From: Dehalococcoidia bacterium
GTDB lineage: Bacteria > Chloroflexota > Dehalococcoidia > Lucifugimonadales > JAGWBF01
Assembly: GCA_965219565.1 (NCBI GenBank)
Contig: OZ244780.1
Location: 479,765 to 543,764, forward strand
Direction of reading: 5' to 3'
Length of the DNA: 64,000 nucleotides
Each line of letters opens with the position of its first letter. The first letter of the stretch is position 1. The notes under the pieces were generated by a model. It had not been told where the DNA came from. It searched no databases and was given only the letters and a program-made list of their open reading frames with translations. The position numbers were made by a program, and so were the translations under genes. Of this stretch, positions 56,654-64,000 are shown piece by piece.

Positions 56654-58294
56654 TTAGAGCGCCAACCTGACCCGCAAGGTGAAGGTTCTTGATTTTATCA
56701 AGTCTGGTGGACTACCGTTTACGGAAGATACCACCGAGCCGTTCAGTGGTATCTCCTGTACTTTTTTTCCTGGAATCAAGCTGTCGTCGGGCATGGGGAC
56801 GGAGTAGCGGACGACGGCGTTGTCGGGCAGAAGCTCGATCTCCTTCACGAAGGTCTCGATGAAGGCCCTGCGCTCCGTCAGCTCGCTCTTTTGCAGGAAC
56901 CTGCTCATGTCCTTGGCGTAGGCCGTGATGGTCTTCACGTCGTCGAGGACCGCCCTGCGCTGGGCCAGGATAGCCCTCGCCCCCTCCGCGGCGGACTCAA
57001 GGCGCTCCTGACGCTCCTTGTGGTCCCGGATGCGGTGGGCGAAGTCGGCCATGTTGAACTCGGTCGTCGTCTCCACGAGGTCGTAGAGCCGGTCGAGCCT
57101 GCCCCTCACGTCGGCAAGCTCCTTCTCGATGGTCTCCAGCCGCTTGCGCTCGTCGCCGGCCACGTCGTCCATCTGCTCGTCCACGACATTGACCAGACTC
57201 CGAATGTTGCCCTCGGTCAGGATGTTGGAGCGAATCAGGCCGACGACCAGCTCCTCGAACTGCCGGGCGTCCACCCTGGGCGAGTCGCAGGACCCGGGCG
57301 CGCGCTTTACGAAGGAGTGGCAGACGTAGTAGGGGAACGTGCCCCTGCTGGAGTAGCGGCCCGACAGCGCCCTCTTGCACCTGTAGCACTTGACCAGGCC
57401 GCTCAGCAGGAAGGTGCTCCCCACCCTGCGGGGGTGGGAGACCTTGGGGGCGCGGGAGCGCAGTATCCTGTTCACCCGGTCGAACTGGGCCTTGGCGACG
57501 GTGGCGGGGAACGCCTTGTCCACCCGCACCGGGTCGGCCCCGTCCTTGGCGTTGTTGCCCCAGACCAGGGTCCCCAAGTACGCCTCGTTTCTGAGGATGT
57601 TGTGGACGGTGGGCTTGTTCCACAGCTTACCCCTGGGGCTGGCGATGCCCTCGTCGTTGAGGATGCGAACGATCTTCATCATCCCCTTGCGAGTCTCGGC
57701 CAGGTCGAAGATGCGCTTGACGATGCCCGTCGTTTCGGGGTCCGGCTCCAGGGCGGGCCTCTCCTTGGGTCCGTCCTGCACCTTGACCTTCCTGTAGCCG
57801 TAGGGGGCCATGGGAGCGACCCAGAAGCCCCTCGATGCGGCCTCGCGCATTCCGCGCAAGACCTCCATCGCCAAATTCTCGCTGTAGAACTCGTCCACGG
57901 TCTCGATGATGCCTTCGAGGAGTCTGCCCGTGGGGTTGTCCTCGGCCTGCTCGGTGATGGAGACGACGCGGAGGCCCTTGCGCCTGAGCATGGACTTCAG
58001 GACGACGGCGTGCTCCCGCTTGCGAGTGAAGCGGGAGAACTTCCAGACCAATATCTCCTCGAAGGGCGCCTCGGTCCTCTTGGCCTCGTCCAGCATCTTC
58101 TGGAACTCGGGGCGGTTCATCACGCGTCCGCTCTCCGCCTCGTCCACGTACTCCCGGACGACCTCGTAGTCGTTCTTGTCGGCGTAGTCTCTGAGCGCTC
58201 TCAGCTGGGCGGACACGGACAGGTCCACGTCCTGGCGGTCGCTGGAGACCCTGGCGTAGAGGGCCGCCGGCGTGCGGTCGTTTCGTTCACTCAT
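56654..58294 (-). CDS. Large serine recombinase (integrase) with recombinase and Zn-ribbon domains
   Basis: YARVSS, FSRFTR, APYGY, LLSGLVKC..C, YYVC, coiled coil. Confidence 0.95.
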   Translation of the reverse strand: MSERNDRTPAALYARVSSDRQDVDLSVSAQLRALRDYADKNDYEVVREYVDEAESGRVMNRPEFQKMLDEAKRTEAPFEEILVWKFSRFTRKREHAVVLKSMLRRKGLRVVSITEQAEDNPTGRLLEGIIETVDEFYSENLAMEVLRGMREAASRGFWVAPMAPYGYRKVKVQDGPKERPALEPDPETTGIVKRIFDLAETRKGMMKIVRILNDEGIASPRGKLWNKPTVHNILRNEAYLGTLVWGNNAKDGADPVRVDKAFPATVAKAQFDRVNRILRSRAPKVSHPRRVGSTFLLSGLVKCYRCKRALSGRYSSRGTFPYYVCHSFVKRAPGSCDSPRVDARQFEELVVGLIRSNILTEGNIRSLVNVVDEQMDDVAGDERKRLETIEKELADVRGRLDRLYDLVETTTEFNMADFAHRIRDHKERQERLESAAEGARAILAQRRAVLDDVKTITAYAKDMSRFLQKSELTERRAFIETFVKEIELLPDNAVVRYSVPMPDDSLIPGKKVQEIPLNGSVVSSVNGSPPDLIKSRTFTLRVRLAL

Positions 58295-58508
58295 CTGTTG
58301 CTCCTCCTTGTCTCTTCCTATTGGGTTGGCGTGAGCGCCGCATCTGCGTCCTTTCCTGTCTGCGCCACTCCCTCTCCTCCAGGTAGAGGCGAAACCCTTC
58401 GCGCAGAAGCTCGCTCACGGTGCGGCCCTCCTCCTCGGCCACCTGCCTCAGTTGCTCTTCCATAGCGGGCGGCATGGAGAAGGTGACGATCTTCGTGGTC
58501 CTTGCCAT
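58287..58508 (-). CDS. CopG/ribbon-helix-helix regulator
   Basis: IVTFSMPP......L..VA.EEGRTVSELLRE..R.Y; overlaps recombinase start. Confidence 0.88.
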   Translation of the reverse strand: MARTTKIVTFSMPPAMEEQLRQVAEEEGRTVSELLREGFRLYLEEREWRRQERTQMRRSRQPNRKRQGGATDE

Positions 58509-58709
58509 GTTTTTTGCTCTCGATAGTAATACTAAGTCCTACTCTTATCATGAACGAAACGGCTGCCGGTGTCAAGGGACGCAGCGCGGGAGAGGATATA
58601 TACTGCGGATTGCCCAATTCGGTACCGCGTCTTTCACGCGATGAGATACACTCTGGTAAGTCTGGCACGAATGAGGTCGGTACATGCTAGGCATGGCCGT
58701 CTACGATGT

Positions 58710-59309
58710 CTAGCGCACACAGCCCAGGCCATTGCACATGCAGCCCGTGGCACAGAGGGACCGTCCGCTAGACAACAGTTCCTTGAAAATGCAAAGGCAG
58801 TCCTCAATCTCGTATGGTTTGAGGGCTGCGAAAGGCTCTGGTAGTTCCGATACGGAGACGGTTGAGCGACTGCGTTTGATTCCAATAATCCCGGCTCCAA
58901 TCTGTGTGCCACTGTGCAGGTAGACCTTCGTCGGAAGGAGACTGAGCTTGTAGCCGATGCGGTGCGCGGTGTCGTAGATCGTGAGCTCGCCGATCATGTA
59001 GATCGGTTCGCCGACCTCCCGAACGATCTCATGGAGTTCATCGAAGGATGTTGCTTTCTGCATAGCCCGCTTACTGCCGGAGAGGCGCGTCCCGAACTTC
59101 TGGAGGGCATCGCGGGGGATTCGCCGTTGGTGCGGGTGCTTCCCGCCACCGGCAGTGCACGCATGAGCTGCCCGCGTGATTACTTGGCCGAGGGTCGTCC
59201 TATCCCGATAGAATTGTAGCTCTTTGATCGCGTCGTTCCGGTGATACGTGATGTAGTCTGATACCGCCCGTTTCATTCGCCGCTCCATGACCGCATCATC
59301 TACAGGCAT
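58710..59309 (-). CDS. Hypothetical protein, possible HhH-glycosylase-like fold
   Basis: KHPHQRRI, SFDELH, IGELTIYDTAHRIG, VYLHSGT..GA, IEDCLCIFK; RBS GGAGGA. Confidence 0.6.
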   Translation of the reverse strand: MPVDDAVMERRMKRAVSDYITYHRNDAIKELQFYRDRTTLGQVITRAAHACTAGGGKHPHQRRIPRDALQKFGTRLSGSKRAMQKATSFDELHEIVREVGEPIYMIGELTIYDTAHRIGYKLSLLPTKVYLHSGTQIGAGIIGIKRSRSTVSVSELPEPFAALKPYEIEDCLCIFKELLSSGRSLCATGCMCNGLGCVR

Positions 59310-59395
59310 GTCGTCCTCCTCCGGATAGGTACGGGACCTGGCAAGGCCGCATGGCCGCGACACGTCCGCATCCAACATCGCGACGCAACACACTA

Positions 59396-60298
59396 CTAGT
59401 CTTGCTCAACTTCATTGCCTTCGTCGCAAACACGAGCCGATGGGAGATTCCCGTAACTCCGCAAGAAACGTGTCAGCGGCTCTGAGATCACGCTGCCGAA
59501 TACAACGCCGACCATCGCGGCAAGCACCACGGACCAGTCCTCGCCACCCGGGATCGTCCTGGGAACCCATATCGCAAGGACCATGATTGGAAGGAACAGG
59601 GACAACATTGCGAGGCTCTCCATAAGTGGACCGAGCGTCTCGTCCCGCGGCCACCTGTCAACGCCCTTGAATAGAAGCCATACCAAGAAGGTCCAGGCGG
59701 CCAGCAGGATTGAGACGGCAGGAAGTGGAATCAGGAAGTATTGCAACTCAGAGCCTTCCGAAATCACAGGGGCGACCCAATAGCCCATCAATAGGACTGC
59801 TGCCGGTGCCATGCCAATAACCAATATTCTCTTTCCGCGCACCAGCATCCAGAATATGACCAACCAGGGAGCGGATATCATTACGACGACCACGTTGATT
59901 CCCAACTCGTCGAAGTCATACCTATCGCTGATAACCAAGAGCAGCGCAAGTCCCAGGAAACAAATGAACCCGGCGTACCACCAATTGAATCGCCGAGCCT
60001 CGGGGTTTCGGCGCATCGCTTGGTAGAACTCCACAGGCGGAAAATACACAGGCATGAGGTTCACCACGATGCTGTCATACAGCCGGTCTATATGGTCAAA
60101 CCCCCAAATGAAGTAGGTGACCATCGCCAGAACCAACAGGGTCATCACAAAGTTGACGGTGAATCCCCTACGCAGGTCCTCACTAGATAGCCCACGGAGC
60201 TCCGAAATCATGCTTTGAGCGTGACGTACCAGAAGCCGTCCCAACCCGAGGAGAACGGCCACGTATCTGGCGTCATGTGCAAGGATTTTCTTGTGCAT
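59396..60298 (-). CDS. Multi-pass membrane hypothetical protein (start uncertain)
   Basis: About 8 hydrophobic segments. Confidence 0.65.
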   Translation of the reverse strand: MHKKILAHDARYVAVLLGLGRLLVRHAQSMISELRGLSSEDLRRGFTVNFVMTLLVLAMVTYFIWGFDHIDRLYDSIVVNLMPVYFPPVEFYQAMRRNPEARRFNWWYAGFICFLGLALLLVISDRYDFDELGINVVVVMISAPWLVIFWMLVRGKRILVIGMAPAAVLLMGYWVAPVISEGSELQYFLIPLPAVSILLAAWTFLVWLLFKGVDRWPRDETLGPLMESLAMLSLFLPIMVLAIWVPRTIPGGEDWSVVLAAMVGVVFGSVISEPLTRFLRSYGNLPSARVCDEGNEVEQD

Positions 60299-60463
60299 GG
60301 ACTCAATCCGAGGATGCCTCGTCACCATCAGCCAATCTCGGTCGGCGACGTGGACAAGAGGCAGGTTCTTCAACCCACAAAGCTCCGCAGCAGGTAGGCG
60401 CTCCGGTAACGGGGAGCCTAGCCTCTACGGGGTCAGGCTGCCCGGTGAGGGTAGGAAGCCCGT

Positions 60464-61147
60464 TTAGGGAGCGGTCGGACCGTTGGAGCCGTCGCGGAGG
60501 GTCAGAGTTGTCATGATGCGCCTTATGGTTGCAATGAGCTCCGCCACCAACTCATCGTCGAAGTCGTCCGTGCCGAAGCCATGGACAATGGCGTTTCTGT
60601 ACTTTCGCATGCGGGTCAAAGCGTCGTAGTCGTCCCTTGAGATCACCCCGTGGTAAACCCCTTGGTCGAGAACGTAACCGGGCGAGGTGATGCTCGTGCT
60701 GGAAACCCCCTGTGCTGTAAGCAGTACCCTTATGACGGCTTCAGAGGCCGACCATGCAAGCAGGAAGGCGGCCTCCGGCAGTTCCGCCTGGAGGGACCTC
60801 TCGGCTTCCTCGATCCTCTGAACGATCTTCTCGCTCTCAAACGAACGTGCGCCTTCGGGTGAATCCACCTTTTCCGGTTCACCCACCAGGACCAACTCGA
60901 AGGTCCACCCCGGCATCGATTCAATGAGTCGCGCCAGTTGGCTTATCTTGGGGTCGGCGGCCAGCGACGGCCTGGACTTCACCTCTATGACCCTTGCCTC
61001 ATCGCCCTTCCGAACAAGCAGATCGGCTCTGAAGCCCGGCATGAAGTCCAGGGGCGCTTCAAACAGTACCTCGTAGCCCTTGCTTCGGTACTCTTCTGCG
61101 GTCTTGCGCGTGAGGAGGTATTCGGAGTCGGTTGCATTTCTTACCAA
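60464..61147 (-). CDS. PD-(D/E)xK (REase_AHJR-like) domain fused to HEPN-like domain
   Basis: EYRSKGYEV, ADLL..K....VIEVK; AAFLLAW...E, RNAIVHG (RxxxxH). Confidence 0.75.
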   Translation of the reverse strand: MVRNATDSEYLLTRKTAEEYRSKGYEVLFEAPLDFMPGFRADLLVRKGDEARVIEVKSRPSLAADPKISQLARLIESMPGWTFELVLVGEPEKVDSPEGARSFESEKIVQRIEEAERSLQAELPEAAFLLAWSASEAVIRVLLTAQGVSSTSITSPGYVLDQGVYHGVISRDDYDALTRMRKYRNAIVHGFGTDDFDDELVAELIATIRRIMTTLTLRDGSNGPTAP

Positions 61148-61545
61148 GACGGCACCTCCAGGCTCGATGCTTCGGTCACGGTGATGTGAAGAAACTGCTC
61201 GGATCGACCGAGCGTTTCCAACAGAACGGATGACGGGTTCTCGAATTGCAGGTCTCTATCCCGGTCTCTCTTGCGGCAGATGAGATCGGTTATCTGGTCG
61301 TCGTCGGCATAGACCAGCCCCTTCAGTGCATCCAAGATTGGCTTCGGCATGTTGTCGACGTCCAGAGACTCTCCTTTGAAGTAGTAGGTGATTCCCACCA
61401 TGACTTCTCGGGCGAAGGGCGGTTCAGCGTCCCACTCCTCCCCTACAACATTCTGCACCACCCGCTTCCAAGCTCTGAGGCGGCGGCGGTCAGCCTGCTG
61501 TGATAGCGGAGTGCGCTCTATAACAACCTCTAACGGTATCGGCAT
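61141..61545 (-). CDS. RusA-like nuclease
   Basis: DVDNMPKPILDALKGLVYADDDQI. Confidence 0.85.
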   Translation of the reverse strand: MPIPLEVVIERTPLSQQADRRRLRAWKRVVQNVVGEEWDAEPPFAREVMVGITYYFKGESLDVDNMPKPILDALKGLVYADDDQITDLICRKRDRDRDLQFENPSSVLLETLGRSEQFLHITVTEASSLEVPSW

Positions 61546-61642
61546 ATCTCTATGTGCTAGTCGCTCTTTCTATGTGGATTCCGTATTGGGTTATTGGTCA
61601 TCCTGAACCATACTGACCTTACCCCAAAGTTAGTATCACTGG

Positions 61643-62458
61643 CTAGTAGAGCCCGGCAGTAGATTCAGCAAACTCCCTGGGAGTTCTGCCTTTCAGTGAG
61701 CTGTGAGGCCTGACCTCGTTGTAGTCTTGCCGCCAGCTCTCTATGACCTCCCTGGCATGCCTCACGCTAATGAACCAGTTGGTGTTCAAGCATTCGTCCC
61801 GTAGCCGGCCATTGAAGCTCTCAGCGAAGGCGTTCTCTACCGGCTTGCCGGGACGGATGAAGTTCAACTTGACGCCCATTCTGTATGCCCACTCATCCAT
61901 GACCTTGCCTGCGAACTCCGGACCGTTGTCTACGGTGATCACCTCAGGCAATCCCCTTGAATCCGCCAGTCTCTCCAGGACCCCGACCACTCTGGCGCCT
62001 CCCAGTGATGTGTCCACCTCAATAGCCGGGCACTCCCGTGAGTAGTCATCCACTATGGCCAGGGCCCGGAAGCGCCGACCTGTCACCGTACTGTCAGAGA
62101 CAAAGTCCATGGACCACCGCTGGTTAGACCGCACGGGATATGGAATGGTCTCCCTAGCTCTTGCCGCCCCTTTGCACCTTCTCTTCCGCCTCAGGGCAAG
62201 CCCCTGTTCACTGTAGATGCGCTCTGTACGATTGTGATTGACCACCAGGCCCTCTCTCTTCAGCATGATGTGCAACCTGGGACTGCCGAAGCGCTTACGC
62301 TCACCCGCCAACTCACGCATCCTCAGGCGCAGGTCACCATCATCACACCGCTGCGACCTGTACCGGTACACCGAGGGTGATATGCCGGTCAGCTGGCAGG
62401 CCTTCCTCTCGCTCAGCCCAAGACTCTCCGTGGCATACGCCACCGCCACCTTCCTCAT
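61643..62458 (-). CDS. IS3 transposase OrfB (DDE)
   Basis: [38 protein letters not shown]. Confidence 0.93.
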   Translation of the reverse strand: MRKVAVAYATESLGLSERKACQLTGISPSVYRYRSQRCDDGDLRLRMRELAGERKRFGSPRLHIMLKREGLVVNHNRTERIYSEQGLALRRKRRCKGAARARETIPYPVRSNQRWSMDFVSDSTVTGRRFRALAIVDDYSRECPAIEVDTSLGGARVVGVLERLADSRGLPEVITVDNGPEFAGKVMDEWAYRMGVKLNFIRPGKPVENAFAESFNGRLRDECLNTNWFISVRHAREVIESWRQDYNEVRPHSSLKGRTPREFAESTAGLY

Positions 62459-62466
62459 CTTGGGCT

Positions 62467-62732
62467 TCAGAAGTTTTTTGACAGCAACTCCCTGAGGGCC
62501 CAGTTGTCCAGGGCCTGCTGGGCCACGATCTGTTTCAGACGCCGGTTCTCTTCCTCAAGCGACCTCAGCCTCTTCAGCTCGTTCACCGTCAATCCGGCGT
62601 ACTTCGCCTTCCACTTGTAGAAGGAGCCTCGCTCATGCCGTGCTTCCGGCACAGTTCCGATGTCTTGGCCCCCGCCTCCGACTCCTTCAGGACCCCGATG
62701 ATCTGCTCCTCTGTGTACCTCTTCCGTGTCAT
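62467..62732 (-). pseudogene. IS3 transposase OrfA with 1-nt deletion near 62628
   Basis: MTRKRYTEEQIIGVLKE...LCRKHGMSE then shifted SFYKWKAKY...LEEENRRLK. Confidence 0.85.
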
Positions 62733-62934
62733 CAGTCCTCCTTGTGAATCCCATTCTATCGGAGGACTCTACTTCCAACCGATACTGTTTTCGGGGGGAA
62801 GGTCAATACGCGCATTTGGTAATGCTTCCCTATATAGACAGGTAATTGCAGTATACGACATGCTTGGTCGTGGGTGTCTACCTCTTTTCTCGCTTGGGGC
62901 CTCGGGAACGAGCGCGTCGGCCCTCCAATCCGTG

Positions 62935-63771
62935 TCACACCCCACAGTGTCCCTCGCACTCGTTCCCGAACCCGTCCGCCTGTCCTCCAGCTCCCATCTC
63001 CGCCTCGTCGAGGGCGACGGCTTGGACTAGGGGAATACGCAGGGAATGGAGGTACGGTTCCTTGGCGAATGCCAGGCCGTTCCGCATCCTGTCGTCGATC
63101 TCTACCGCCTCGGCGAATAGCTCCGGCCAGCGGCGCTTGGTCTCCACCCAACGCTGGCGGGACTGGAAGGGGCAGGCGACGCAGGCCGAACGTTCCAGGG
63201 GTCTGTCGTAGCGGGCTTCCCACCATTCCATGCAGTCCCTCCTTGACATCCCAGCCTCGATGAGGGGGTAGCGGTTCTCTATCCACCTGTCACGGGAGGT
63301 CTTCATTCGGATGGCCTCGTCGGCGGAGATGCCGAGCCATAGCTCGACGGTCGTTCCGGCGGGGACGCGCTGCCGGGGTCGCAGCCCCAGCAGCTCCCGC
63401 ATCCTGCGTCTGATGGGCCGTATCTTGTAGTTGTCGGTGCACTGGCGTCTGCCGATGCCGTCGCCCTCTCCGTCGCGTCCCTTGAGGTAGACGGGTATGT
63501 CCACATAGCTGCGTGAGCCCGAGTGGTTGGTGAGGGACCTCACGTCCTCGCGGAGGCTGCGCCCGTTGTCCACGACGTGCAGGGGGAAGCTCAGCCGGTC
63601 TTTCAGCCACTCGATGTGCTCGTAGACGCTGGGCGGCTCCCAGCGGGTGTCGGCGAAGACGGCGCAGTCCGGCACGCGGTCGAACGCGCCCTGTCCGGCC
63701 ATGAGCGCCATGACGGAGGACTGGACGCCTCCGCCCAGGCTGAGGACCGTCAGCGTTGGTGGGTTGCTCAT
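62935..63771 (-). CDS. PP-loop / PAPS-reductase-like protein of mobile-element type
   Basis: LSLGGGVQSS, FADT.WE, RQCT..YKI.P, R.DC, SAC..CP, C-terminal ECEG.C. Confidence 0.8.
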   Translation of the reverse strand: MSNPPTLTVLSLGGGVQSSVMALMAGQGAFDRVPDCAVFADTRWEPPSVYEHIEWLKDRLSFPLHVVDNGRSLREDVRSLTNHSGSRSYVDIPVYLKGRDGEGDGIGRRQCTDNYKIRPIRRRMRELLGLRPRQRVPAGTTVELWLGISADEAIRMKTSRDRWIENRYPLIEAGMSRRDCMEWWEARYDRPLERSACVACPFQSRQRWVETKRRWPELFAEAVEIDDRMRNGLAFAKEPYLHSLRIPLVQAVALDEAEMGAGGQADGFGNECEGHCGV

Positions 63772-63772
63772 C

Positions 63773-63997
63773 TCAGCCCTCTTCCTCGCCGCCGTCCTGT
63801 GGAACATCGGCTCGGGGCGATGCGGCCGCCTGCTCCTCCATGTAGGAGCGGATGGCGACGCGGGCCAGGATGCGCAGCCCCTTCAGGACGGCCCTGCGGT
63901 GTTCCGGCGTATAGGACGGCATGGAGCGCTCCAGGGCGTCTTCAAGCTCCCGGGCTTTGGGCCTCTTTCGTCCGTTGTTTCTTCTGGGATCTTTCAT
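63773..63997 (-). CDS. Small hypothetical protein
   Basis: 74 aa, GLRILARVAIR helix, ends 1 nt before next ATG. Confidence 0.55.
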   Translation of the reverse strand: MKDPRRNNGRKRPKARELEDALERSMPSYTPEHRRAVLKGLRILARVAIRSYMEEQAAASPRADVPQDGGEEEG

Positions 63998-64000
63998 GGT

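Larger units (their letters stand above)
61614..62805 (-). mobile_element. IS3-family (IS407-like) element with 4-bp target duplication ATAC
   Basis: Ends TGACCTT.../...AAGGTCA; ATAC at 61610-61613 and 62806-62809; AAAAAAC slippery site at end of orfA. Confidence 0.92.

Noticed and set aside
56891-58465. 524-aa + strand ORF and other long antisense ORFs (e.g. 12261-13460, 14471-15583, 3777-4661)
   Set aside because: Shadow frames of well-supported high-GC genes, with no recognisable motifs
1-64000. CRISPR array
   Set aside because: No regularly spaced repeat-spacer series and no cas genes; the repeats seen are dispersed palindromes or coding repeats
58700-64000. Intact prophage
   Set aside because: No terminase, capsid, portal or tail genes within the window

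Overview
GC-rich bacterial DNA. The gene content suggests a Chloroflexota (Dehalococcoidia/SAR202-like), possibly sponge-associated, genome (inference): four luciferase-like monooxygenases, paired family III CoA-transferases, a giant cadherin adhesin and RCC1 repeats. About 1-36.8 kb is mostly catabolic and housekeeping (ThDP enzyme, pcrA, DUF35/thiolase-like pair, Zn dehydrogenases, cyclase, rnd, tRNA-Trp, tRNA-Arg, carbonic anhydrase). It is interspersed with small AT-richer toxin-antitoxin-type inserts, several with a broken toxin. About 36.9-64 kb is a mosaic defence/mobile island: frameshifted Type ISP-like RM enzyme, Schlafen/AlbA_2, HNH, HigBA, RusA-like/REase pair, one intact and two fragmentary large serine recombinases, IS1380, IS3, and IS110 and IS1-like remnants. 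The most striking structure is a DUF559 (Vsr-like) nuclease ORF bounded to the exact base by 42-bp BoxC-like palindromic direct repeats. Nuclease-free copies of the same repeat occur nearby, suggesting an autonomous/non-autonomous repeat-propagation system. All family calls come from motif recognition, not database searches.
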